64,000 bases of DNA from a virus, in IMG/VR virus record IMGVR_UViG_3300027782_000072, positions 9,275 to 73,274 of that record; one strand, 5' to 3'. Both the position numbers and the translations under genes were made by a program. Shown here in pieces: positions 47,935 to 57,541 of this stretch. The first letter of the stretch is position 1. Every line of letters starts with the position of its first letter. The notes under the pieces were generated by a model. That model saw only the letters and a program-made list of their open reading frames with translations. It was not told the DNA's origin and did no database searches.

Positions 47935-49062
47935 ATGGCCTCCGCCCTCGCCTCCGCTCCCTTCGCCCTCTCCCGCGATGATCGCTCCGCCTTCCGCTCC
48001 GCTGATGCTCCGGCCAAGGCCCACCTCGCCCGGTTCGGCCTGACCTTGGACGGGCTCCTCACCGTGGGGGCCTCCAATGCCAAGCTTGCCAAGGGCTCCG
48101 CCCTCGCCCGTGCTGTGATCCTTCACCACCTACCGGCCCGCTCCCTTTCTCAAGCCGTCTATGGGGCCGCCGCAGGGCCCACCGCCCCTCGCTCTCGCAT
48201 TGACGGGCTCGAAGCTCTCGCGATCCGCAATGAGATCGGCGGACTAGTGGGGGCCCATGATGGTTGCCCATGGGCCTCTGCCGGTTGTCGCTCTGGATGC
48301 CTCGCATGGGCGGGCCATGGGGGCATCTCCACTACGGTCGCATCCTGCAGGGCCCGCCGAACCATGGCCTTTATTTACAATCCGGGTGGTTATGCTGTGG
48401 CTGTGCTGTGGGCGATTGCCCGCGAATATAAGAAGGCCCAGGCCCAGGGCCTCCCCCTCGCGGTTCGCCTCCGTGGCACTGATGATCTCCCATGGCATGA
48501 TCTGCGGTTCACTCTCTACGCTGACGAGGCCCGGGCCATGGCCCACCGTTACGGGCTGCCGGTAGCGCCGGGCCTTGGAACTACCATTCCAGAGGCCCTC
48601 GCCCTAGTCCCCGGCTTGGAGCCCTACGAATACAGCAAGGCGCCCCTAGAGGGCCCCTATGGGCTCAGAGCACAACGGGCCGCCGGAGTTGACACCACCG
48701 CCTCCCTTGCTGCTGATCGCCCTCAAGGCCTCGCCCGTAGCCTTGAGGCCGTGGCTGCAGGGTTCCGCCTAGCAGTGCCTGCAGGGTTCCCCAAGAGTTG
48801 GGAGCTCCCCTCTGGTCTCCTTCTCCGGGCCGATAGCCTCTCTCCCGTAGTTCGCCTCGCCTGCCTCGATGGGGATGTGACGGATCATCGCTGGAACGAT
48901 CCGCAAGGGCCGCAGGGCCTGGTTTGGGATGGCGTGGCTGTGATCTTGCGCACCAAACGCAGCGCTGGTGCTGGTGCCGCCTCCAAGGCCTTCTCCCTCT
49001 CGCCCGTGGTGGGAGAGTGGCAGGCCCTCGCTGGTGGTGGCTTCGCCCAGTGGGAGGCCTGA
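47935..49062 (+). CDS. GP88-like Cys-motif (Fe-S/radical-SAM-like) protein
   Basis: NAKLAKG, CPWASAGCRSGCL, VRLRGTDD, YEYSK and DGDVTDHRWNDP. Confidence 0.72.
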   Translation: MASALASAPFALSRDDRSAFRSADAPAKAHLARFGLTLDGLLTVGASNAKLAKGSALARAVILHHLPARSLSQAVYGAAAGPTAPRSRIDGLEALAIRNEIGGLVGAHDGCPWASAGCRSGCLAWAGHGGISTTVASCRARRTMAFIYNPGGYAVAVLWAIAREYKKAQAQGLPLAVRLRGTDDLPWHDLRFTLYADEARAMAHRYGLPVAPGLGTTIPEALALVPGLEPYEYSKAPLEGPYGLRAQRAAGVDTTASLAADRPQGLARSLEAVAAGFRLAVPAGFPKSWELPSGLLLRADSLSPVVRLACLDGDVTDHRWNDPQGPQGLVWDGVAVILRTKRSAGAGAASKAFSLSPVVGEWQALAGGGFAQWEA

Positions 49063-49364
49063 TCAGTGGGGCCTTCTCACTTTTCCGGAACGCGTAGGAT
49101 TGTCCGCCTCGCCCTTCTCCGCTCTCCTCGCTGTGCTCCACTGGTGGGCGGTTACCGCCTCAAGGTGTGGCCTTCTCGCTCCGTGGGTCATCGTGATTCG
49201 CGGTCTCTCCTCCTCCGCCTCCCTGGTGGCCGCCTTCTCCGCCTTCTTTATCGCACCGCTACAACCACAGCCGTCAAGATCCGCCGCCTAGGGCTGGTGG
49301 ACTAGCTGCTCCACTTGGGCCCTTGAGGGCCCCTCTCCCTCTCCTCTCCTCTGCTCTCTTCTCC

Positions 49365-49664
49365 ATGGCCTCCGCTGCTCCCTTCTCTCCTCTCGCCTCC
49401 CGTGGTTCGGCGCTCCGCTCCGTTGGCCTCTCGCCCCATATCCTGCCGCCCTCGCCTTACCGCCTCCACGATGATGCTTCCGCCCATCGCCTCGCCTCTC
49501 CCGTGGCTGATCTGCTCGCCCAACGATGGGCCTCCGTTGTGATCCGCCTAGGGCCTGACGCATTCAACGACTGGGCAGATAGGGCCCTGCCGGAGCTTGT
49601 GGCTACTAGTGGGGCCCTTGCTACGCTTCGCTGGCTACTAGCAGAGGGGCCCTGCGATGATTAA
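49365..49664 (+). CDS. hypothetical protein
   Basis: CTCC-ATG start context, as in neighbouring genes. Confidence 0.4.
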   Translation: MASAAPFSPLASRGSALRSVGLSPHILPPSPYRLHDDASAHRLASPVADLLAQRWASVVIRLGPDAFNDWADRALPELVATSGALATLRWLLAEGPCDD

Positions 49665-49691
49665 CTTTTGTAACGATGGGGCCGCTAGTGG

Positions 49692-49719
49692 TTGACACTC
49701 TCGCCCTAGGGTTCATAAT
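49692..49719 (+). promoter_or_regulatory. sigma70-like promoter
   Basis: TTGACA-16 nt-CATAAT, followed by the hairpin CCCGGAGCGATCCGGG. Confidence 0.55.
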
Positions 49720-49774
49720 GGCCACAAGCCCGGAGCGATCCGGGCCGCCCTCCGCTCCCCTCCCCTCTCAAGCC

Positions 49775-49951
49775 ATGCTCTCTCTCTTCTCTCGCTTCCC
49801 CGGCCGCTGCTCCGCTCTGCTGGTCACCCTCACCGGCTCCGCCCTACTGTGGTTTGTGGTTGATCTACAAGCTCAGGACCGCGCTCTTCTCCGGGCCTGT
49901 CAAGCCGGGCCCGATCCAGCCTCTTGTATGGTTCGCCTCTACGGTCGCTGA
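49775..49951 (+). CDS. small membrane protein
   Basis: TM helix followed by C...C..RLYGR. Confidence 0.45.
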   Translation: MLSLFSRFPGRCSALLVTLTGSALLWFVVDLQAQDRALLRACQAGPDPASCMVRLYGR

Positions 49952-51345
49952 TCGCCCTAGGGCCCTCCCTGGGCCCTCTCCCTCTCCCTCTCCCCTCCGC
50001 TCCCTCTCCCTTGAAGCTAGTCAACCGCGCCGCCGTGATTAAAGCCTACCTAGAACTCTTGAGTGATAACCTAGCATCCTGCAATGATGCCGAATTGATC
50101 GATCTCATCGAGAATTATATGGGCGAACCATGGGAGCTTATCAAACCCCGATGGTTCAATAGTTGATTGTAGGCTGTGCTGATTGTTTAGGGCCTCCCGT
50201 AGCGGGGGCCTTTTGTTTTAGTTAGTTGGGGGATATTCTCTAATCCCGACCCCCATGGTAGGGATTAATTAACGCCTAACGGTTAGCATAAAGAAAGGGG
50301 CCCCAATTAGGGCCCCATTTTTGTTAGTTACTCATTGTCTAGTTTACTTAACTTATCGAGTAGGATGTGGCACCGCTTGATTGTGTCTTGAATGTCGCGG
50401 TTGAGTTCATCATCCCGCCGCTTGAGTTCTTCTAATTGAGCCTTAAAGAGGTTAGCTATAGTGCCCATAGGATTGTAGGGGGTGGTTTGTGATACGAACT
50501 GGTCGCCCAGTCCGCACCCTATCTTACACTAACTGCGCACGGTGTCAAGTATATTTAACAATTCTTAATATAAGATATCCTGATCGTTCCCATAAACGAT
50601 CCTTGTCTGATCGTGATCCGTATCCGTATGGCGCAGTAACCCGGATCCGTATCCGCATCCAGCGGGGCCTATCCCCCAAAAAATACGACACCATTTTTCA
50701 TCCGGTTTTTACCCTGTCCGTAAATATACCACCACGTTCGTAAATTGTCAATAAATGGTCGCAAAACTAGTCGCGGCTGCGCGAACGGTCGAGCATGGAC
50801 GATGGGGAGTGAGCGCATTACGACTGTTCGAGAATATCGAGATTCTCAATAACTGTCACTTATCGGGATTCTCAATAATCGCCTGCCTTTTGCCATTGTA
50901 TTCCAGGGCTCATCGCGCAGGTAGCTCCCAAGAGCGTCGTAGCTTGAGCCCTTTCTTCTTTTAAAATTCTCTTTTTCTCTTCTCCCCGTGTGCGAGCACA
51001 GTTTCAGCGACTTTATGCTCTCGCAAGAATAATTGAAAAGGAGATGAGGGGAAGGGAGCCTAGTGGTCGTAGTCGCTTGAGGCTCTTCTCGAAGGCTCCC
51101 TTGGCGGAAAGGCTAAAGGAAGAAGGAGAAGAGCCGCTTGGGAAGGATCGCTTGGGGCTCCCGGTCGTAGCGGCTCAAGAGGCAGCCGTTTTGAGCGTGT
51201 GCATCGCCTATACCTATCGTATTTTTCAATCTCATGAGACGTGAATGAGACTCAAATGAGACACCAGTCATAGTCTCAATCCGCGAAACCATTATTAGCA
51301 AATTTACATATTTTCTTAACAATTTCCTTAGTGGGTGGTCATGGT

Positions 51346-51789
51346 ATGATTTCTGCGCCTTACAGCCACATCATGGACCAAAGCTTTAATCAGTTCAGCA
51401 AAGTTGTCAACAGGCACGTGCTGGGCAATCAAGATGAATTCAATCGCCTAAAGGACAAGCTAAAAATGTGCGAGCATGCCGTTGGCAAGTCAGGCGCAGC
51501 GGCTCTTGGCTATCTCATAGCAATGGAGGAAATGAAAGGGCTTAAGAGCGAGGCCGGAATTTCCGTCTACGACAAAGTGCTGGAAGTAGTGGATGGCTTG
51601 ATTACTTGCAATGGGCAACATTTTGCAGAAAGCGCCTGCGACGAAATTTTTACAATTATCTACGAATGGTTGGATAAAGAATTGGAATCATCAATGGGAC
51701 AATATAAATTACCAGCAGAACGCAGTAGTCGTAATGTCATGCGACAAGACATTGAAAAGCTTTTCAGGAAATATGTTGTGCAAGAGTAG
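51346..51789 (+). CDS. hypothetical protein
   Basis: ORF of about 147 aa after the non-coding region. Confidence 0.5.
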   Translation: MISAPYSHIMDQSFNQFSKVVNRHVLGNQDEFNRLKDKLKMCEHAVGKSGAAALGYLIAMEEMKGLKSEAGISVYDKVLEVVDGLITCNGQHFAESACDEIFTIIYEWLDKELESSMGQYKLPAERSSRNVMRQDIEKLFRKYVVQE

Positions 51790-52054
51790 TTATTGTTACA
51801 ACAATTCTTTCCCCATTGTCTCTAGCGTGTACAACGTTAGGGGCTTTCTTGTGTGGAGTGATTTGCCGGAACCATTCATGGTAGAAACCATCAAAATTTG
51901 GCCTGTCCATTCCAGGCCCGAGTTTAAATGGTTCATGGCTTATGGCGGCAAGCCTTTTTACTTCCAAACGAAGGCTGCAGCGGTTTTATTTGCCAAGGAA
52001 ATGCTAGGGTGATGCCGTTGATCGTTGGGGGCCAAGGGCCCCTTTTGTTGTCTC

Positions 52055-53482
52055 ATGAATCTCAAGGAAGACCAAAAGCAAGACAAGATTGCTCGTACTG
52101 GACGTGTAGAAAGTTGGATTAATGCCGCTGAAGGCAGGCTCCCCGTATCTTGTACGGTATTCTCAGTGAAGGACTCAATGGAGGGCGACGATGGCATTGA
52201 AGCAAGTTGGCGCTTTGTTAGTCACGGGCTGCGTTATGGGGCTGGCGTGGCGGTACATTTGTCTGAACTGCGTGGCAAAGGTGCTGAAAATGATAAAGGA
52301 CTAGTGGCAAGTGGTCCTATTAGCTTTGGCAAGATTTATTCCGCACTAAATGAAATTTTACGTCGCGGCGGATTGTACAAAAACGGTGCTGTAGTGTTAC
52401 ATATTGACTATCAGCACCCTGATGCCATTGATTTCATCAAAGCATCGCGAAAAGAACTTCCATGGGTGAAGCGTTGTTTAAATGTTGATGAGAATTTCCT
52501 GGATGATATTGAACCCTCCTATTTGGAAGCCGTGTTACAGGCCATTTCTGCAGGAGACTTATGGCTGAACAAAATTCGCTACAACGATAAAGGCGAACGC
52601 ATTCGCGCTAATGTCTGCCTGGAAGTGTACCTTCCCCATAGAGGCACTTGCCTTCTGCAACATGTCAACTTGGGCGCTTGCTCCATTGAAGAAGTGGAGG
52701 GGGCATTCTTCCAGGGAATGAGCGAACTCTGTTCTCTCCATAGCAAAACGGGCGTGGGCGACACTGGCGAATATCTTTCTCCCGATGAGGATAAGCAAGT
52801 TGGACTTGGCCTGCTTGGTTTAGCTAATTTTCTTTCCATCCATGGCATCTCCTATGCTGACTTCGGACAAGCACTAAAAGCGTGGAATGATGGCAAGCCT
52901 CCAAAACGTACAGTCGCCTACGAAGCGGCCTTGGCAATTCAAAAAGGCATTGATTCAGCAGCGCAAGTGGCTAGAAACTATTCCATGGAGCGTGCCTTCG
53001 CCATTGCTCCCACTGCCTCGTGTTCATATCGCTATGCAGATAGCAAAGGTTTCACCACAGCCCCTGAAATTGCGCCTCCCATCGCTCGGGAAGTGGACCG
53101 GGATAGTGGTACATTCGGCGTGGAGAGCTTTAACTATGGGCCTGTAGAAACTGCTTCGGAAGTGGGCTGGGAAGCCTATAAGCTTGTAGCCGATGAACTA
53201 GTAAGGATGTATCAAGCCACTGGATTGTTCCATGGTTATTCATTCAATTCATGGTCAGACATCGTTACTTATGATCGTGAGTTTCTGCAAGATTGGCTAG
53301 ACTGTCCTCAGACAAGCCTCTATTATTCCCTGCAAGTCCTCCCAGACACGCAGCGGAAGGATGATGCCTACGCGGCATTAGATGATGACTTCAAGAGCAT
53401 GTTTGGACTCAGTGATGCTGAGTCCTTAGACGATGCTGTTTGTGAAGTTGAGGCAAACTTTTGCACTAGCTGTTCTGAATGA
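52055..53482 (+). CDS. nrdA: ribonucleotide reductase alpha subunit (short cyanophage type)
   Basis: PVSC, NVCLE (NxCxE), AIAPTASCS, SLYY (class I tyrosine pair) and C-terminal CTSC. Confidence 0.9.
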   Translation: MNLKEDQKQDKIARTGRVESWINAAEGRLPVSCTVFSVKDSMEGDDGIEASWRFVSHGLRYGAGVAVHLSELRGKGAENDKGLVASGPISFGKIYSALNEILRRGGLYKNGAVVLHIDYQHPDAIDFIKASRKELPWVKRCLNVDENFLDDIEPSYLEAVLQAISAGDLWLNKIRYNDKGERIRANVCLEVYLPHRGTCLLQHVNLGACSIEEVEGAFFQGMSELCSLHSKTGVGDTGEYLSPDEDKQVGLGLLGLANFLSIHGISYADFGQALKAWNDGKPPKRTVAYEAALAIQKGIDSAAQVARNYSMERAFAIAPTASCSYRYADSKGFTTAPEIAPPIAREVDRDSGTFGVESFNYGPVETASEVGWEAYKLVADELVRMYQATGLFHGYSFNSWSDIVTYDREFLQDWLDCPQTSLYYSLQVLPDTQRKDDAYAALDDDFKSMFGLSDAESLDDAVCEVEANFCTSCSE

Positions 53483-53575
53483 CAGTTCATTCCACATCGA
53501 TGATTGATAGGGCCGCAATTGCGGCCTTTTGCTTCTTTTTTCTGTTTCTTTCTATTACTTTCCTACCAGAAAACA

Positions 53576-54322
53576 ATGACCATAGCAACGATTAAAAACT
53601 CCCCTTACATTTCGATGATTTCCAAGAAGCGGCCCTGGCAGGCCGTGCCAATTGAGGCTGGAAAGCTTGTCGAAGGTAGTGAAGAGACGTTGTTCCGTGC
53701 ACTGGCGCTGCGGCATCTTGAGCTGCCAGTGAAGGATTTTCTTGAGCAGGGACTAGAGCGTGATTTGCCTTCTACGCTGGGCGTGGTAGAGGCCCTAAGG
53801 CACAATCAGGAAGATGAGCAGCGTCATGATGAGGCCCTCAACTACATGGCTGCTGCCCATGGCACTGATACCAAGGCAGAAGCCGAAGTGATGAACATTC
53901 TGCAGGTATGGCAGGACCATCCTGCCCATCCAATTTTGAAGGCAGCCATTCTTGAGCGTTCATTGTTCTTTGTGATCTTGCCCTTTTTCCGTTTCAATGG
54001 TGACGTGGGCATCCGCACGGTTTCAGCCGATATTTCCAGGGATGAGATCACTCATGTGGGAGTCCATTCGTTGGTTGCAAAAGAACTTAATGAGACTGCC
54101 GGAGAAAGCTTGAACAAGCTTCGTAAGGCTACGGCATTGTGGATTTTCGACAGGCTTGATAACCATGACAACAAATGGCTGAACAAAGACTTCTGGCTAC
54201 GTCAATCGGACAATTTGTTCGAGAAAGGCAAGGCAGAAGAGCTTAACGACACTGCTCGCAGCCGTATGCCAGCTTTTTTCGAGAGTTCCAACGTAAATCT
54301 CCCGGCTTACGGCCAAGTTTGA
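53576..54322 (+). CDS. nrdB: ribonucleotide reductase beta subunit (ferritin-like)
   Basis: Dimetal motifs DEQRH and DEITH; directly after nrdA. Confidence 0.82.
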   Translation: MTIATIKNSPYISMISKKRPWQAVPIEAGKLVEGSEETLFRALALRHLELPVKDFLEQGLERDLPSTLGVVEALRHNQEDEQRHDEALNYMAAAHGTDTKAEAEVMNILQVWQDHPAHPILKAAILERSLFFVILPFFRFNGDVGIRTVSADISRDEITHVGVHSLVAKELNETAGESLNKLRKATALWIFDRLDNHDNKWLNKDFWLRQSDNLFEKGKAEELNDTARSRMPAFFESSNVNLPAYGQV

Positions 54323-54384
54323 CGCTACACTGATTTCGTAACACCCCCTAAGCCTCTCAACGATGCTCAAACCTGGGGGTCACT

Positions 54385-54453
54385 GGATCTGAAGTGTTGG
54401 CACACGCTAGGCTCATAGCCTAGAATTCCGGGTTCAATTCCCGGCAGTCCCCA
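54385..54453 (+). tRNA. degenerate tRNA with CAT anticodon (Met/Ile2-like)
   Basis: Anticodon arm CTAGG-CTCATAG-CCTAG and T arm CCGGG-TTCAATT-CCCGG are intact. The D arm is short and the acceptor stem is mismatched. Confidence 0.6.
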
Positions 54454-54466
54454 TTATTTCTTTCTC

Positions 54467-54724
54467 TTGATGGCAAAGTCGGACCAATATTTCGCTCGTC
54501 GCAGTGCGTGGGTGTGGTTTAAGCAGGGTCTGAACGTACCAAGCCAATGGGAATCAGGATTTACTGCCATTGCAGAACCTTCCCCTGGTTTCTACCGTTT
54601 GGAGCACCGCGAGTATCGCACTGAAATATTGCCCTATTGGCGTATTTCCTTTTCTAAGCCTGAGGATTTTGCCAAGGGGCCGCCTATTGAGGCTGATGCT
54701 GAATGGCGCTATGCTCCTAACTAA
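54467..54724 (+). CDS. hypothetical protein
   Basis: Trp-rich ORF. Confidence 0.5.
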   Translation: MMAKSDQYFARRSAWVWFKQGLNVPSQWESGFTAIAEPSPGFYRLEHREYRTEILPYWRISFSKPEDFAKGPPIEADAEWRYAPN

Positions 54725-54736
54725 GCATCTTTCCCC

Positions 54737-55249
54737 ATGGCCAATTTATTCTTAACGGCTGATACGCATTTTGGCCACGCTGGAATGTGTCAATTCCTTA
54801 ATGCAGATGGCAGCAAGGTAAGACCGTGGGACAACGTAGGGGAGATGGATGAAGCATTGGTAGAGCAATGGAATAAAACGGTACGGCCCAAAGACAAGGT
54901 GTACCATTTAGGAGACGTGGTGATCAATAGGAAAGCCCTCTCCACTCTTGATCGTCTTAACGGAGATTTAGTGTTGATTAAAGGTAACCATGATATTTTT
55001 AAACTGTCTGACTACACCAAGTATTTCCGTGACATCCGCGCCTACCACATCCTTGATCGCATTTGCTTGTCTCACATTCCTCAGCATCCTGATTCCATTG
55101 CTCGCTTTAGGGGCAACGTCCATGGCCATTTACATGCGGGACAAGTGATGCTTGATGGGCAAATTGACACACGCTACAAGTGCGTTTGTGTTGAACAGAC
55201 TAACTATGCTCCGATAGCATGGGAGCAGGTGAGAACATTTTTTAACTGA
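54737..55249 (+). CDS. calcineurin-like metallophosphoesterase
   Basis: DTHFGH, HLGD, GNHD, SHIP and HGHLH. Confidence 0.9.
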   Translation: MANLFLTADTHFGHAGMCQFLNADGSKVRPWDNVGEMDEALVEQWNKTVRPKDKVYHLGDVVINRKALSTLDRLNGDLVLIKGNHDIFKLSDYTKYFRDIRAYHILDRICLSHIPQHPDSIARFRGNVHGHLHAGQVMLDGQIDTRYKCVCVEQTNYAPIAWEQVRTFFN

Positions 55250-55271
55250 TTCCATTCGCCATTCGCGAATC

Positions 55272-55475
55272 ATGAACGAACGTCGAACGTGGAATAATCC
55301 CACTCGTGAACCGTGGAATCCAGTGATTCATCAACTTTTACGTGCTGTTGACCATCACAACGAAGCATTTTTTAAAGATGGTAAACAATGGCATATAGAA
55401 AAAGCTGCAATGCTTAGACAATATGTCAGAGAGCTAAAGGAATGGATTCAAGAAGAAGAAAGCGTAAATGAATGA
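55272..55475 (+). CDS. hypothetical protein
   Basis: WNNPTREPWNPVIHQLLRAVDHH. Confidence 0.55.
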   Translation: MNERRTWNNPTREPWNPVIHQLLRAVDHHNEAFFKDGKQWHIEKAAMLRQYVRELKEWIQEEESVNE

Positions 55476-55675
55476 AAAAGAAGCAGCAACTATTGCTTAT
55501 GCGCGAACTATTGCATAATTTTGAGCAAGGTTAGAGCGCATTAGCTCGCAAACTGGTGCGGCCAGTCCCTTGCATCGTTTCACCATTGCCTAAAGGGGCC
55601 TGAACCCTGAAGAAATGGTTATTAACCAGTGGCCACTGGGCTCCTGCAGAAGCTTTAGAAGCTTAGCACGTCTGT

Positions 55676-55915
55676 TCACAAATCAAAACATTTGCACTCT
55701 TGACAGGCAGGATCTTGCTGGCAACGCTGGTCCCACCATTGCTCTCGCTGATCGTTTTCATTCAGGGCGTAATATTTTTCCATCAATCGCCTGTACTCCC
55801 CATTGGCCTGATTCATTTGCTCACTTTGCAAACCATACACCCGTCCAACTTTCTGCATTTTGTAGGCAGCTTCAATGGCCTGATTAAAAGCTTTTTCAGT
55901 GGCTAGCGAAAGCAT
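55676..55915 (-). CDS. hypothetical protein with CP12-like C-terminal C-x8-C pattern
   Basis: WDQRCQQDPACQECKCFDL. Confidence 0.45.
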   Translation of the reverse strand: MLSLATEKAFNQAIEAAYKMQKVGRVYGLQSEQMNQANGEYRRLMEKYYALNENDQREQWWDQRCQQDPACQECKCFDL

Positions 55916-55942
55916 GGTGATTGGTTCGCAAGTTTGAACAGT

Positions 55943-56119
55943 CTACTCATTTGCCCCTCGCTGAACCTTCATCGCTTGTGTGAGTTTCCTCAAACGAGGG
56001 AGGAGCGATGGCTGGTAGAAATGGTCAGCCGCCAGTAGTTGCAACGCCATTTGCTTGTTACCTTCTAGCAGTGCCAGGAGAAATACTGCCTCCTTCTGTG
56101 ATAAATGGAAATTGCCCAC
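55943..56119 (-). CDS. hypothetical protein (58 aa)
   Basis: GTG start; VGNFHLSQKEAVFLLALL...GANE. Confidence 0.4.
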   Translation of the reverse strand: MGNFHLSQKEAVFLLALLEGNKQMALQLLAADHFYQPSLLPRLRKLTQAMKVQRGANE

Positions 56120-56161
56120 TAGTAATGAATGCCTATTTTTTCCAACAATACTACATGCTAG

Positions 56162-57541
56162 TTAGCGAATCAGACTATCAATCCAATTAAGGTCATCGTC
56201 TTTCGAGGCTTGAAGAATTGCTGCCGCGAGAGCAAATGCATAGTCATCCACACCTACTTCCTTACCACCGCTAATTGACCACTGTCCAGAAGCTTTGTAT
56301 ATCACGCTTAGATTTTTAAGCTGCTTGATTGCTTTTTCATGATTGTAAATATCCACTAGTCCAGCATTAAACAATTCCTTCATCTTGCTAAATGCCTTCA
56401 TCTTGCTACTGACAGACCAAGTGAGTTCCTCAATGGGAAAATCAGCAGCGAGGGATTGAATGGTGGCAGAACTATTATATTGGTCAAGGACAATACTGTC
56501 AAAATTATAAAGTTTATGGTGTTCTCGTATCCAGTCTTCTACGGCCTGAATACTCACTTCCTTTTTCCCATTGATCTCAAAATCTGCAAGGAATGTATGG
56601 AACTTATCAACCACTAGCGTTTCTCCATCAAAATGCACAATACATGCTGTGTAGTCATCTCGTCCCACACCACCACGCGCAGGGTCAAGAGCTAGCACGT
56701 ACTTGCCATGGAAATTCACTGATGGTGGCAGCAGGCTACGGTGTTTGTTAATGGCGGCATCTACCACTTCAGAAGCCAGCAATGCTGACATATTGCGAGC
56801 AAACTGTGCTCCATATTCAATCATGAACTTATCTGGATCACGCTTACGCTCTGCTTGCATGAAAGAGCAGTCGTAAGGCAGTTCAGGGTTCATCTCCCAC
56901 GTGGGAGTGTTTACTGGCTGCATGAAGGGAAATTCCCCGCTAGTAGCTTCGCAGAAGTGCTGGTAGAACAAGCCATCAGTCAGCCATGGAGAGGAGAGTT
57001 CCAGAATGCGACCATGATTGCCGAATTGGGCAATGGATGGTGATAGCGCGTCGTAGATAGCTTTAGCGCCAGCATTGGCATCACCTTCTTGGCTGAAGGC
57101 AAGCTCGTCCATGATGATGGCAGCCACTGCTCTACCACGAGATGCACGAGCACTACTGGAGATGGCCCTAAACACACAGCCATTACTAATTTCAAGCGTG
57201 TCAGTGGTTTCCCTTACAATCTCTTGAGCAAAGGGACTTTCAACAATCAAGCCACGAATGGTATTGAGGGCAATCTTTGCCTGGTCAATGCCGTTAGCAA
57301 TGGTGCAAATGTACCAACTCTCTCCTTTGCGAATCTTGCGTTTGTACTTTTCCTCTAGAACGAAGCAAATGTAGGTGCAGGCAACTGCTGCCATAAGCGT
57401 CTTGCCAGAGCGTCGGCCAAGAGCCCACACTGCATGCGTCTTGCCCCCATGAAAAAACTCGTCAAGAATGTCAGCTTGTTTTTCCCATAACGGAAGCTTT
57501 AGCGCATGTCGCGCAAAGTCCGAACATTTAATTACTGCCAT
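56162..57541 (-). CDS. terL: terminase large subunit
   Basis: Walker A GRRSGKT, Walker B IIMDE, SSP, nuclease LALDPA, and DDYAFA. Confidence 0.92.
   Translation of the reverse strand: MAVIKCSDFARHALKLPLWEKQADILDEFFHGGKTHAVWALGRRSGKTLMAAVACTYICFVLEEKYKRKIRKGESWYICTIANGIDQAKIALNTIRGLIVESPFAQEIVRETTDTLEISNGCVFRAISSSARASRGRAVAAIIMDELAFSQEGDANAGAKAIYDALSPSIAQFGNHGRILELSSPWLTDGLFYQHFCEATSGEFPFMQPVNTPTWEMNPELPYDCSFMQAERKRDPDKFMIEYGAQFARNMSALLASEVVDAAINKHRSLLPPSVNFHGKYVLALDPARGGVGRDDYTACIVHFDGETLVVDKFHTFLADFEINGKKEVSIQAVEDWIREHHKLYNFDSIVLDQYNSSATIQSLAADFPIEELTWSVSSKMKAFSKMKELFNAGLVDIYNHEKAIKQLKNLSVIYKASGQWSISGGKEVGVDDYAFALAAAILQASKDDDLNWIDSLIR

Noticed and set aside
47090-50170. Simple restriction-site avoidance as the cause of the island's composition
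   Set aside because: GGGCCC, CCATGG, GAGCTC, CTGCAG and AAGCTT palindromes are present.
55945-56120. Structured ncRNA downstream of terL
   Set aside because: Explained by a plausible 58-aa minus-strand ORF.
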